This document shows positions 17,726-27,629 of a stretch of DNA of 64,000 nt, piece by piece. Origin of the DNA: Planctomycetota bacterium (GTDB taxonomy: Bacteria; Planctomycetota; UBA8108; SXIK01). Both the position numbers and the translations under genes were made by a program. Numbering within the stretch: the stretch's first letter is position 1; each line of letters opens with the position of its first letter. The notes beneath the pieces were generated by a model that saw only the letters and a list, made by a program, of their open reading frames with translations, was not told the DNA's origin and searched no databases. The DNA is taken from positions 7,584,001-7,648,000 of the forward strand of contig CBDCXR010000004.1 of assembly GCA_965223845.1 (NCBI GenBank). The letters run 5' to 3'.

Positions 17726-20185
17726 TCAGCCCGCCTGTGAGCTCTCCGGCTCGAGCGCGTTCAGCACGACAGCGTCGCCGTCGAGCGTCGCCTGGGCGAC
17801 TTGGCCCTCTTGGATCTGTCCGAGGATGATCATCTCGGAAAGCGGATCCTCCACCCAGTCTTCGAGAGCGCGCCGAATCCCGCGCGCCCCCGTGCGCTCA
17901 CTGTGTCCTTCGGAAATGATCTTCGCCTCGACGGCCTCGCTGATCTGTAGCTGGAGTCCGTGGCGGTCTAGGCGCTGCTGGACCTTCGCGAGCTCGAGCT
18001 TGAGGATCGCGCGGACTGCCTCGTCGTCGAGGTAGTCGAAGGTGACGATCGCATCGAGGCGGTTCAGGAACTCGGGGCGAAAGTGCTCGTCGAGCTCCTG
18101 CCGGATGAGGTTCAGCTGTTCGCGCCGCTCCGAATCGTCCTCGCTCTGGCGGAATCCGAGGCGCGACTGCGAGATCGACCGCGACGCGCCGAGGTTGGAC
18201 GTCATGATGAGAAGGGTGTTCTTGAAGTCGATCAGTCGACCGAAGCTGTCGGTGAGTCGGCCTTCTTCGAGGATCTGGAGGAGCATATTGGTGAGGTCGG
18301 GATGGGCCTTCTCGATCTCGTCGAGGAGGACGACCGAATAGGGTTTTCGCCGGATCTTTTCGGTGAGTTGGCCACCCTCCTCGTAGCCGACGTAGCCGGG
18401 CGGCGACCCGATGAGCCGAGAGATGCTGTGCTTCTCCATGTACTCCGACATGTCGAGCGTGATCAGGGCGTCTTCGCTCCCGAACAGGAACTGCGCGAGC
18501 GCCTTCGCCATCAGCGTCTTCCCGACGCCAGTCGGGCCGACGAAGATGAATGACCCGAGGGGGCGGTTGGGATCCTTGAGGCCCGCCCGCGAGCGACGCA
18601 CGGCGCGCGCGACCGATGTCACGGCGCGAGATTGACTCACGACCATCGTCGAGAGCTCGGCTTCCATCCGGACGAGCCGTTCGGTTTCCTCTTCCTTGAG
18701 ATTCGAGCTCGGGATCCCCGTCATGGCGGCGACCGTCTCGGCGACGTCGCTCGCGCCCACCTGGCCGTCGATCTCCTTGCTCGATCGTTTCCAGGTGAGG
18801 ACGATCTGATCCCGCTCCTCCTTCAGGCGCTCGACTCGGTCTCGGAGACGAGCCGCGACCTCGAAGTCCTGGCTGTGCACGGCGTGGTCCTTCTCCCGCT
18901 CGAGGCGGACGAGGTCGTTCTCGAGATTCGTGACATCCGGTGGCTTCGTCGTCCGGGCGAGTCGCTCGCGGGAGCAAGCTTCGTCGAGGACGTCGATCGC
19001 CTTGTCCGGGAGGAAGCGATCCGCGATGTAACGAGCGGAGAGCTCGACCGAGGCGGTGAGAGCATCGTCCGTAATGCGGACGCGGTGGTGGGCTTCGAAG
19101 CCGTCGCGGAGCCCCGTCAGGATCTCGACGGTTTCTTCCTTCGTCGGGGGATCGACGATCACCGTTTGGAAGCGGCGTTCCATCGCGCCGTCCTTTTCGA
19201 TGTGCGAACGGTACTCGTCGAGCGTCGTAGCACCGATGCACTGAATCTCACCGCGCGAGAGCGGCGGCTTCAGGATGTTCGAAGCGTCGAGTGAGCTCTC
19301 CGAGGCGCCGGCGCCCATGATCGTGTGGAGCTCGTCGATGAAGAGGATGATGTCCTGAGCCTCGACGACTTCCTTGATGATGCTTTTCAACCGCTTCTCG
19401 AACTCACCGCGGTACTTCGTTCCCGCAAGCACTGCCGCGAGATCCAAGCTGACGACGCGCTTCGTCGCGAGGACGTCGGGAACTTCCTTGTCCGCGATGC
19501 GCTGGGCGAGCCCCTCGACGATGGCGGTCTTGCCGACTCCGGGCTCACCGAGGACGACCGGGTTGTTCTTCGTCTTCCGACTGAGGATCTGAATGATCCG
19601 CTGCGTTTCCTTCGCGCGGCCGATGACGGGGCCGATCTTGTTCACCCCCGCCTGAGCGGTGAGATCGACGCTGAACGATTCGAGGACGGTGAGTTTTGGG
19701 TTCTGGGATTGCAAGAACTGGTACTTCTCTTCTTTGGAGGGTTCTTTGGGATCTCCGAGGATCGCAAAGATGCGTTCCTCGAGCGCTTCCGCCTGAATTC
19801 CTAGGCCGGAGAGAAGACGCGCGGCGCAGCCTTCGCCTTCCTTTACGAGGCCCATGAGAAGGTGCTCGGTCGTTATGAAGAAGTGCCCCCAGCGCACGGC
19901 CTCGTCGCTTGCGAGCTCGAGGCTACGCTTCGCGTGCGGAGAGAAGGGAATCGCCTTGAGCGCGACCGCCGGTGGTACGCCCGCGAGGGCTCGATCGACC
20001 TCTGCTCGCAGCGTGGACGGCTGGAGATCACACCGCCGGAGTGCCTGCAGCGAGACGCAATCGGTCTCGTGGAGCAAGCAGCTCAGAATGTGTTCCGTCC
20101 CGATAAAGTCGTGGCTGCGCTCTTTCGCTTCGTTTCCCGCGGCGAGCAGAACTTGTTCCGCTTTTTCGGTGAACTTGACGGCCAT
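17726..20185 (-). CDS. clpC: ATP-dependent Clp protease ATP-binding subunit (ClpC-type)
   Basis: Clp-N repeats (GTEHIL, TTEHLL), NBD1 [18 protein letters not shown]-like coil ([11 protein letters not shown]), NBD2 [17 protein letters not shown], and an LGF ClpP-binding loop. Confidence 0.93.
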   Translation of the reverse strand: MAVKFTEKAEQVLLAAGNEAKERSHDFIGTEHILSCLLHETDCVSLQALRRCDLQPSTLRAEVDRALAGVPPAVALKAIPFSPHAKRSLELASDEAVRWGHFFITTEHLLMGLVKEGEGCAARLLSGLGIQAEALEERIFAILGDPKEPSKEEKYQFLQSQNPKLTVLESFSVDLTAQAGVNKIGPVIGRAKETQRIIQILSRKTKNNPVVLGEPGVGKTAIVEGLAQRIADKEVPDVLATKRVVSLDLAAVLAGTKYRGEFEKRLKSIIKEVVEAQDIILFIDELHTIMGAGASESSLDASNILKPPLSRGEIQCIGATTLDEYRSHIEKDGAMERRFQTVIVDPPTKEETVEILTGLRDGFEAHHRVRITDDALTASVELSARYIADRFLPDKAIDVLDEACSRERLARTTKPPDVTNLENDLVRLEREKDHAVHSQDFEVAARLRDRVERLKEERDQIVLTWKRSSKEIDGQVGASDVAETVAAMTGIPSSNLKEEETERLVRMEAELSTMVVSQSRAVTSVARAVRRSRAGLKDPNRPLGSFIFVGPTGVGKTLMAKALAQFLFGSEDALITLDMSEYMEKHSISRLIGSPPGYVGYEEGGQLTEKIRRKPYSVVLLDEIEKAHPDLTNMLLQILEEGRLTDSFGRLIDFKNTLLIMTSNLGASRSISQSRLGFRQSEDDSERREQLNLIRQELDEHFRPEFLNRLDAIVTFDYLDDEAVRAILKLELAKVQQRLDRHGLQLQISEAVEAKIISEGHSERTGARGIRRALEDWVEDPLSEMIILGQIQEGQVAQATLDGDAVVLNALEPESSQAG

Positions 20186-20588
20186 GAAGGTCTCCGGAAG
20201 CGCCAGGTCGTACTCGGCCTGGAGCGACAGGTGGGATCGATGGATGGATCAGTCTCGCGCGGGCCCCGACGACTAAGTTCCGGTTCTCGTTGCGAAACGC
20301 CTGAGGGTGGACGGTGATCAAAACGCGCAGGTCGAAGGCGTGCGCTGCGTTGTTGTTCGAACTCGTGTTTCCGAGCGCGTAAGGCCTAGCCCTCGCAGAG
20401 ATTCGGCAACCGCACGAAGGCCGGCGCAACTCGCGTTACGCGCGGATCTCGGTCGCGTGGTCGCTCCCCTATCGTCGGTGTATTCTTGCGAGAACGTTCT
20501 CCTTCTCCGGGGCGAACGATTTATCAGCCTTCCTCATTGGGGTTGCTCCCGTGAACGGCACGTTCAGTGCCGAAAGATACAGAACGTG

Positions 20589-23500
20589 ATGGAAGAAACG
20601 CACCTCACCGAGAGTCGTCACTTGGCGAACCAAGCGCGTGTTCCGCAGCGAGAGTTCCGACTCCTCGTCGAAGGGATGCATCGCTGGCTCTCCGAGTTGG
20701 CCGGCGAGCGCTCCGAGCCTGCGCCGTGCGTCGGATTCGTACGCGGCGAAGCTGGGCGTGGAGGGCGTCAGGCCTTGCACGCTCTGCGCGGGATGTGTGA
20801 GCAGCTCGGAATGGAGGTGCTGCACGTCCGCGGACGCGACGGCTCCGGACCGTCCGCTTGGATCGGTTCGCTCGTCGATCAGTTGCTTCGCTCGGTACGA
20901 CTTCCGGGTGAAGAAGAGAACGCCGGTCCGAATTCGCGGATCGAAGTTGCGCCCGACATTCTAGCGGTGCTCGCGAGCGTCACTCCGGGCGCGGGGTCGA
21001 TCGATGGCGTCGCGCCGGCGCCCGATCTCGGACCCGCGGCGAACGTCCACCGCCTGGCGGACGCGGTGAGTCAAACCCTCCGCGCGATCGCGCGTTCGCG
21101 TCCTGTCCTCGCGGTGTTCGAGAGAATCGATCTCGCGGGCTCCATCGCCGCGGAGGTCGCGCAACATCTGGTGCGCGTTCTTACGAAGGCGAACTCCGCG
21201 CGGCCGGAGCGGGTCCTCGTCGTGGCGAGCGCCGCCGATGGCAACGATCCGTCGCTCAGCTCGCTCGTCGAGGTAGCGGACCGCACCGTCTTCGAGGTCG
21301 AGATGCGCGGGTGCTCGCGAGACGATCTTCAGGAGCTCGCTCGCGTGCTCGTCGGGGCGGAGCTTTCCGTCTCGGAGCGCGAGCGGGTTCTCCGCGCCAC
21401 TCGAGGTCGAATCCGCCACGTCACGTGGCTCCTTCGACTGGCGGGCGATTCGGCCGCGGGAGTCCGCGGGTGGGATCGCTGGCTCGGACTCTCGTTCAGT
21501 GCGCTCGTCCGCCTCCGCGCCGAGCGCCTCGGTGCGCTCGAGCGGGCGGTCGTGAACGCGCTCGCCGCGGCGGGTTGCGCTCTCCCCGAGGCTGCGATCA
21601 TCGATTCTTTGCGCGTGACCGCCGACTCCGCGGACGACGATGCGCCGGCGGCGGCAGCGATCCGGGCGGCGATTGCGGAAGCCCGGGAAGCGGGCTGGGT
21701 GAGCTCGTCTCCCGACGGTCGCGATTCGTCGGGGATCGCCTACTCGATCTGCGACGCTGAAGTCGCGGAGATCGTCCTCCGCGACCTCTCCTCGGCGGCT
21801 CGCTGCGAGGTGTTCGCGAGCCTCGTCGCCGCACTCGAACGAGCGAGCTCTGGCGACGAGCGCTGGCTTCCCCTTCTCTCGCGTCTCGCGATCGAAGACC
21901 TCGAACGCATCGACAACCCGGGAGTCATCACGCGCGGATTCGACTACCTCGAGCGTGTCGGATGTGCGGACGAAGTCCTCGAGCTCCTTCCGGCCGGAAT
22001 CGAGCTTCTCGCGGCGCGTGCGCCGGCGGACGCCGATCCTTGGCGCGCTCGCTACGCAGGGCTGCTCGAGCGCACGGGGAGGCTGCACGAGTCGCGCGAA
22101 GAGAGCGAGCGACTGACCGGTGAGGAAGTCGACCGCACGATCGCGGTCGAGGCCTGGCGACGGATCGGCGATATCGCGCGAGCGGAGGGTCAGACGGTAG
22201 ACGCGGTGAACTGCTACCGCCGGGGACTCGAGCGCCTCGACGAGGTCGATCGGGCCCTCCGCATTCACTTGCTGCGCCGGCTGGCCGAAGCCTGCGCAGC
22301 ACTGGGCGACCGCGACGCGGCACTGCGCGCTCTCGCGATCGCCACCGATGGGATCGGTGCCGCGGATCGGGAAGACGAGCTGCGCCTGACGCAGCTCACT
22401 CTCGAGCTCTCGCCGCCCGGAAAAAACGCGGGATCGATCCCCGCACGCACCACAACGTGGTCTCTCGGACTGCGGGATCTCTGCGCGGGGGTGAGGATCT
22501 GCCTGAAGATCGCGCGGCTCTGTCGCGAGCGGGCGGAGCTCGGTGCGGCCGAGGAGTGGCTCGACGCCGCCGACGAGATCGCGGCGGCCAGCGGCTCGCG
22601 AGAGCTCGTCGCCGAGGTGCTCTCCGTGCGGGGCGAGCTCGCCCTCGAGCGCGGCGAGTCCGAGCTCGCCCTCCGGCTTCTTCGCGCCGCACGAGAGACT
22701 CTCGAAGAGTTTGGCGCCGGAGCCGCGCTGCGGGAGCTCTACGGATCGATCCTCGAGGTAGAGCTCGCGAGCGGAACCTTCGACGCCGCCGGCCGGACTG
22801 CGCGTCGACTTGCGGAGTCCTGGGCCGAAGAGGCGCCGGCCGACGATCGACCGTTTCGTCTCCGTCCCGAGGGGCGCGAGCGACCGCAGCGGATCGCCGC
22901 CCTCGAGAAAACGGTCTACGGCGAGGCGCCGAGCAGCATCCACGACCATCTCGAGCTGCTCGTCGCGGCACTCGACTCGGGACAGCTCACCGAGGCGACC
23001 GAGCACGGCGGCGCGCTCGTTCGAAGCGCGCGCCGCGACGACGCGGACGAGTGCGCAGTCGTCACCATGGCCGGTGCCCTGCTCGCGCGGATCGAAGCCC
23101 TTCGCGGCGAATACGACGGAGCGCTTCGCTGGGTCGCCGAGGCACTCAAGGGGCAGCGCGGCGTGCCGGATCGCCGCGTGGTCCAGGCGGCGTTTTCCGT
23201 TGCCGGCCGCGTCTCTCTCGAGCGCGGTGAGCTCGCGCGCGCGTACCACTACTTCCTTCGCGAGCTGCGTCTCGCACGCGAGCTCGGATCCGCGGACCGC
23301 CTGGGCCTCGCGTACATCGATCTCGCCGACTTTCTCATCGAGGGCGGGGCTCTCGCTGCCGCGGAGGAGATCGCCCGCGGAGCGATTCAGCTAGCGGCTC
23401 TAGCCGGTGACTCTCGCGTCGAGCTCCCGGCGCGACGCATCCTCGCTCGCCGAGCCGCGCTCGCCGGAGAGACGGACGTCGCGCACGCCGAGCTCACTCG

Positions 23501-23978
23501 GGCCGAACGTCTCGTCGCCCGGCTCGAGCTTCCGGTCGACGCGTGCTTCCTTCGCCTCGAACGAGGTTGGCTGGAAGTGGGGCGCGGCGACTTCGAGCGC
23601 GCGCTCGTCGTCGCGCGGGAGGGAATCGAGATCGCGCGAAGTAAGGGACTCCACCCGCTACTCGACGATTTTCTCCACCTCCTCGGTGCGATCGAAGGAG
23701 CGCGCGGCAACGCACGCTCCAATTTTCTCCGCGCGCTCGAAGCGCTCGAACAGGCCGTCGCCGGCGCCGAGGCGCGCTGTCGCCCGCAGCGGAGCTGGGA
23801 GGCGCTCATCGCGATCGCCAAGGCCTACGCTGAGCGCGGGAAGCTCGAGCTGACGCGACAGTACGAAGCCCGTGCCCGCGAGGTCGAGTCGATCGCACTC
23901 CATCCGCTGCCGGCAGAACTCGCGAGTCTCTCGTGGCAGAGTCGCGTGCCGCTGCAAGCCTCGCCGGTCGCCGTGTAG
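20589..23978 (+). CDS. Large protein with a degenerate STAND/AAA_16-like NTPase domain and TPR-like helical repeats
   Basis: FVRGEAGRGGR at the Walker A position, RPVLAVFERIDLA at the Walker B position, ATRG at the GxP position, and Ala/Arg/Leu-rich TPR-like helices. The ATG 20589 start is inferred. Confidence 0.7.
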   Translation: MEETHLTESRHLANQARVPQREFRLLVEGMHRWLSELAGERSEPAPCVGFVRGEAGRGGRQALHALRGMCEQLGMEVLHVRGRDGSGPSAWIGSLVDQLLRSVRLPGEEENAGPNSRIEVAPDILAVLASVTPGAGSIDGVAPAPDLGPAANVHRLADAVSQTLRAIARSRPVLAVFERIDLAGSIAAEVAQHLVRVLTKANSARPERVLVVASAADGNDPSLSSLVEVADRTVFEVEMRGCSRDDLQELARVLVGAELSVSERERVLRATRGRIRHVTWLLRLAGDSAAGVRGWDRWLGLSFSALVRLRAERLGALERAVVNALAAAGCALPEAAIIDSLRVTADSADDDAPAAAAIRAAIAEAREAGWVSSSPDGRDSSGIAYSICDAEVAEIVLRDLSSAARCEVFASLVAALERASSGDERWLPLLSRLAIEDLERIDNPGVITRGFDYLERVGCADEVLELLPAGIELLAARAPADADPWRARYAGLLERTGRLHESREESERLTGEEVDRTIAVEAWRRIGDIARAEGQTVDAVNCYRRGLERLDEVDRALRIHLLRRLAEACAALGDRDAALRALAIATDGIGAADREDELRLTQLTLELSPPGKNAGSIPARTTTWSLGLRDLCAGVRICLKIARLCRERAELGAAEEWLDAADEIAAASGSRELVAEVLSVRGELALERGESELALRLLRAARETLEEFGAGAALRELYGSILEVELASGTFDAAGRTARRLAESWAEEAPADDRPFRLRPEGRERPQRIAALEKTVYGEAPSSIHDHLELLVAALDSGQLTEATEHGGALVRSARRDDADECAVVTMAGALLARIEALRGEYDGALRWVAEALKGQRGVPDRRVVQAAFSVAGRVSLERGELARAYHYFLRELRLARELGSADRLGLAYIDLADFLIEGGALAAAEEIARGAIQLAALAGDSRVELPARRILARRAALAGETDVAHAELTRAERLVARLELPVDACFLRLERGWLEVGRGDFERALVVAREGIEIARSKGLHPLLDDFLHLLGAIEGARGNARSNFLRALEALEQAVAGAEARCRPQRSWEALIAIAKAYAERGKLELTRQYEARAREVESIALHPLPAELASLSWQSRVPLQASPVAV

Positions 23979-23990
23979 CGGGCCGAACCT

Positions 23991-24083
23991 CGCCTTCTAC
24001 CGAGGCGCCTTGTACCGAGGCGCCTTGTACCGAGGCGCCTTGTACCGAGGCGCCTTGTACCGAGGCGCCTTGTACCGAGGCGC
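23991..24083. repeat. Tandem repeat, 15-bp unit CGCCTTGTACCGAGG x6 plus a partial copy
   Basis: Five exact copies span 24006-24080 and the first copy (23991-24005) has one substitution; there are no spacers. Confidence 0.97.
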
Positions 24084-24137
24084 AGTGAGGAGCGGGCGTT
24101 GAGAGGTGCGCCGTCCGTCATGGGAGCGGCCACCATC

Positions 24138-24173
24138 AAAAAAAGGACGTCTCAGAGGAGTTAAGACGCCCTT
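24138..24173 (-). terminator. Intrinsic terminator
   Basis: Minus-strand AAGGGCGUCU/AGACGUCCUU stem with one G-U pair that forms only on this strand, an 11-nt loop, and a run of seven U. Confidence 0.8.
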
Positions 24174-24235
24174 AGAAAAGAAGTGAAGAGAAACTTGAAG
24201 TCTCGTTTGGGGACCGGTCTCTCGACCGATCAGGT
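24138..24235 (-). ncRNA. Candidate small regulatory RNA (about 95-100 nt)
   Basis: Bounded by a TTGACA-N17-TATAGT promoter and an intrinsic terminator; contains a GAGA-tetraloop hairpin and a CU-rich linker; no ORF. Confidence 0.7.
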
Positions 24236-24239
24236 TCGT

Positions 24240-24268
24240 ACTATACTTGAGCGGCCAGAGGGTGTCAA
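24240..24268 (-). promoter_or_regulatory. Near-consensus sigma70 promoter
   Basis: Minus strand TTGACA (24268-24263), 17 nt, TATAGT (24245-24240). Confidence 0.8.
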
Positions 24269-24576
24269 CCCCTCGGGAAGACAATCTCGGCGAGAATCCA
24301 ACAGCTTTCTCTGATCTGTAACTCTTTTGTTTGCAGTGGTTTGTGGTCGCATTCAGGGCGGGCGTTCCACAAGGCTTCTCGCCAGCCGATTTCGTTGCCG
24401 GCGCGACGACAGGATTCGGCATCGGGACATCGGATTTCGCTGCGCCGAGCGGGTCGAATCCTCGCGAGGAGCGAGAACGACGCGACGACGTTAGGGAATC
24501 GATCGTCGCATTCGAGCGCGCGAACCGGGGATTCGACGAAGCCGGCCTAGATCGGAACGGGACTTGAAGCCGCCTC

Positions 24577-25245
24577 TCACGGGGCGCTGAGCGAGAAGAT
24601 GCGCCAACGATTCTCGACGAAGATGAGCTGATCGACCCCGATCTCGACGTACGCACCGTCGATCTCGACCGCCAGCGAGCTCTTCGTGAGGAGCGGGTAC
24701 GCGTCTCGAAACGCTCCCTGGGCGCCCGGCGCGGTGACGAGGTCGCCCGGTCGCCATTGCCACTCCGTCGCGGCGCCGTCCTTGACCGCGCCGATCAGCT
24801 GATCGACGATTTCGCGGTTCGCCGAGACGATCGCGGTGCCCATGATTTGAAGGTGGGACGGATTCAGGATGCGCCGCGAGAGCTCTTCGTCGACGAGGAG
24901 TTTCTTCGCCGCGTCGCTATCTCCCTTCTTCATCGCCGCGATGAACTCGTCGACCGTCTTTTTCGCCGCGGCGAGCGCCGTCGCGTCGGCGATCGTCGCC
25001 GCGGGCGGCGAGGTCTCCGCCGGGGTGAGGGCGCTCTCGATCGTCGCCGCCGCGTCGGGGGTCGCGCCGCTCGTCCCGGTGCCGGCGGGCTTGGGCGAGC
25101 TCGTGGCGTCGGCGGGTGTGGATGCGGTCGGGGGTTGCGCGCTGCCCGGCTCCGGATTGGACGGTGTGTTCGACTGCGGGGTGCAGCCGGCGAGAATCGC
25201 CGCGGCGGCGGCGATCGCAAGGCGGGTGGTGAGTCGTTCAGTCAT
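24577..25245 (-). CDS. Hypothetical lipoprotein
   Basis: MTERLTTRLAIAAAAAILAGC with lipobox LAGC, a Pro/Thr/Ala linker and a small globular C-terminal domain. Confidence 0.8.
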   Translation of the reverse strand: MTERLTTRLAIAAAAAILAGCTPQSNTPSNPEPGSAQPPTASTPADATSSPKPAGTGTSGATPDAAATIESALTPAETSPPAATIADATALAAAKKTVDEFIAAMKKGDSDAAKKLLVDEELSRRILNPSHLQIMGTAIVSANREIVDQLIGAVKDGAATEWQWRPGDLVTAPGAQGAFRDAYPLLTKSSLAVEIDGAYVEIGVDQLIFVENRWRIFSLSAP

Positions 25246-25489
25246 GCCGTTCGTGTCCGGGTTGGGAGTCCTGGTCGCGACGCCGAGGTCGGCGTGGGGC
25301 TTCGATCTTACGAGGTTCCGGTTCGCGCGGCGGATTCGTGATCCTTTCCGGCGCGCGAGCGCCGAATCTGGCTCTTGGGCCTGAGGTTCCGGGGAGCCGG
25401 ATCGGAGTTCTTCTTTTGTTCTGTTTCGAGTGATTGAGGACGCTTTGGATCGGGTAGACAGCGACCCAGTGCACCCCCAGAATGGAGTC

Positions 25490-25659
25490 AGAGGATGGAC
25501 GCGAGGCCGTTGCGGACCGCTCGAGCGAGCGGCCAGCCCGCTGTCCGGCTTCCTCGCAAGCGGCCTGCCAATTCGGGCATCGGCCGACACCGACGCGAAT
25601 CAGTAGCCCGCCCCGGGATTCCCCCATACTGGATTTCCCCCCTCCCGGGGCGGTTTTTT
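25490..25659 (+). ncRNA. Candidate structured small RNA (about 170 nt) between two minus-strand genes
   Basis: TAGACA-N17-CAGAAT (25455-25483) upstream, a three-way junction at 25504-25566, and an 11-bp perfect stem followed by T6 on the plus strand. Confidence 0.4.
25608..25659 (+). terminator. Terminator-like hairpin with U-tract on the plus strand
   Basis: CCGCCCCGGGA / TCCCGGGGCGG (25608-25618 / 25643-25653) with a 24-nt C-rich loop, then TTTTTT. Confidence 0.6.
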
Positions 25660-25706
25660 CTCTGGATCCGCCGGTCCCGTTCGCTGCGCCCGCATCAGAG
25701 CCCACA

Positions 25707-27629
25707 TCAGAGATCGAGGGATGCCTGCTTCGAGACGCTTCCCTCGCTCGTCGTCGCCGGGCGACCGACGGGGAGCAGACGGCCGCAGCTTCCGCAGCTC
25801 GTCTCGCTTTCCTCGCCGCGGTGGCCGCAGCCGCGGCAGTACCGGTTGCGCAGGGTCGACAACCGCTGTCGCGTGTTGCTCACGTACGCGGTGATTTCCG
25901 GGTCGTTTCCCGTGTACGCCTGGAGCATCGTCCACGCGTCGCTCTGGCTGGGGCTCGGAAGAAGCTCACTCTCGTGAAGAGACACGATGCGAGCGTGCGC
26001 GGCCAGGTGATCCGGTGCGCTCCTCGCGACGTAGGCGTAGCTGAGGTAAGCCGCCTCGAAGGATCCGAGGCTCTCCTGCACCATGCCGAGGCGCACGCGA
26101 ACGGCGTGGTCTCCCGGGCGGGTCTCGAGATGGAGCTGGTAGCTCTCGAGCGCCTTCCCGAACGTTTTCACCTTGTCGAGGCCCTTCGCTACCCGATCGG
26201 CCGGCGCATCGGGGCCGTTCGTCGACGTGCCATCGTCGGATTCGGTCTCGACCGCGTGGCGCAGCTTCCACAGCTCGACGACGTTGTCTCCGTAGAGGAC
26301 GATATTGCGAAAGTAGTTCGGCGGGCGCTTCTCGGGGAGGAGCGACGCCGCTACCTCGTCGAGGAGAAGCGACGATTCGCGTTCGAAGACGCGGTCGAGC
26401 TCCTCGTGGAGCTTGGCGCGAAAGAGGGTCAGGCCGCGCCCGTGATAGTCGCGTAGCCGACGGTCGACGTCGTCGCTTTGACGAGCCGGAAAAACGCGCT
26501 TCAGCTGATCGAGGAACGGCTTCGTTTCGCTCATCGCCGCCAGCTCGAGCGCGCTCTCGACGGCGGGAGTGACGTCGGTGTGGATGCGCGCTCGTGCGAG
26601 CGCGCAGGCGTAGTGGCCGAGCCGCCGCGTCGCATCGACGTCCGCATCGAGCAGCGGCGTCGCCATCGCGTCGACGCGCGTCCAGTACTCGCGATCCGCC
26701 CCTTCGAATTCGAGGAGCCGGCGAAAGAGCGGGACGAAGCGCGCACCGTGAGTGGGAGCGTAGACCTGAAGGACGCGCGCGAAGTCGGAATAGAGCGGAG
26801 TGAATGTTCGCGCGCGGTCGTGCTCGAGCGCGGCGAGGAGGTTGTCGAGAACCCGGCGGTGCGCACCGTGCTGAGTCTCGAGGGCGAGCGCCAAGTAGTA
26901 GTGACCGCGCGGATTCGGCCGGCCGGCGCGATCCGTCTCGACGGTAGAGCGCTCGAGAAGATCGATCGCCTGTCGGTTCTGGCCGCGCAGGTAGAGGCAG
27001 ATACCCTTCCCGAGCAGGCAGTCCGGATCGTTCGGGGCGAGATCGAGCCCGATCGAGAAATGATGCTGCGCGGCGCGTAAGTCTTCCGTGATTTCGGTGG
27101 GTTTCGCGTTTCCGCTGCGCTCGACGAGCGACGGCTGGAGGAGGAGCCAGCCGAGACGTCCGCGCGCGGTTCGTTGCTCGTCGTGCGGTGGCAGCTCGTG
27201 AGCGAGCGCGATCAGCTCGCGGTAGCACTCCTTCGCATCTTCCGGCCGACCGAGCACCTCGAACGCCGTGCCGCGCAGGAGGAGCGCGTGGCTGCGCGCA
27301 GCGGGCTCGAGTCTCGCCTCCGTCAGTGCCTCGTGGAGATCCGCGGTCGCGCGGTCGAGGTAGCGGCGCCTCGGCACGGCCTCCGATTCGGCCTGGCCCT
27401 GGCGGAGGAAACACTCGCCGCGGGCGACGAGCGCTTCGACGTAGACGTGCGGCCGCGCCGTATCGACCGCCGTGGTGAGCTGGTCGATCGCGGTGTCGAC
27501 TTCGCCGACCGAGATGCTCTCGAGTCCGAGCGTGTACGACGTCCGGCTCTCCTGTGGCACCGGACTCCGGCAACTGACGGCCGTCAGCCCGAAGACGAGT
27601 GCGCAGGACCATCGCAGCGTGTTCTTCAC
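25707..27629 (-). CDS. TPR-repeat lipoprotein with C-terminal zinc ribbon
   Basis: Signal peptide ending TAVSC, TPR-like repeats (ALVARGEC, LLGKGICLY, HYYLALAL), and a C-terminal CRGCG...CGSCG. Confidence 0.8.
   Translation of the reverse strand: MKNTLRWSCALVFGLTAVSCRSPVPQESRTSYTLGLESISVGEVDTAIDQLTTAVDTARPHVYVEALVARGECFLRQGQAESEAVPRRRYLDRATADLHEALTEARLEPAARSHALLLRGTAFEVLGRPEDAKECYRELIALAHELPPHDEQRTARGRLGWLLLQPSLVERSGNAKPTEITEDLRAAQHHFSIGLDLAPNDPDCLLGKGICLYLRGQNRQAIDLLERSTVETDRAGRPNPRGHYYLALALETQHGAHRRVLDNLLAALEHDRARTFTPLYSDFARVLQVYAPTHGARFVPLFRRLLEFEGADREYWTRVDAMATPLLDADVDATRRLGHYACALARARIHTDVTPAVESALELAAMSETKPFLDQLKRVFPARQSDDVDRRLRDYHGRGLTLFRAKLHEELDRVFERESSLLLDEVAASLLPEKRPPNYFRNIVLYGDNVVELWKLRHAVETESDDGTSTNGPDAPADRVAKGLDKVKTFGKALESYQLHLETRPGDHAVRVRLGMVQESLGSFEAAYLSYAYVARSAPDHLAAHARIVSLHESELLPSPSQSDAWTMLQAYTGNDPEITAYVSNTRQRLSTLRNRYCRGCGHRGEESETSCGSCGRLLPVGRPATTSEGSVSKQASLDL

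Noticed and set aside
23991-24083. CRISPR array, or a coding (YRGAL)n / (RLGTR)n / (APRYK)n repeat peptide
   Set aside because: The units are contiguous with no spacers and no cas genes are nearby; the ORFs across it are shadow frames without RBS support.
24152-25495. 8-nt complementarity (TCAGAGGA) between the sRNA1 terminator loop and the 5' end of sRNA2
   Set aside because: An 8-nt match between RNAs of this length is readily expected by chance.
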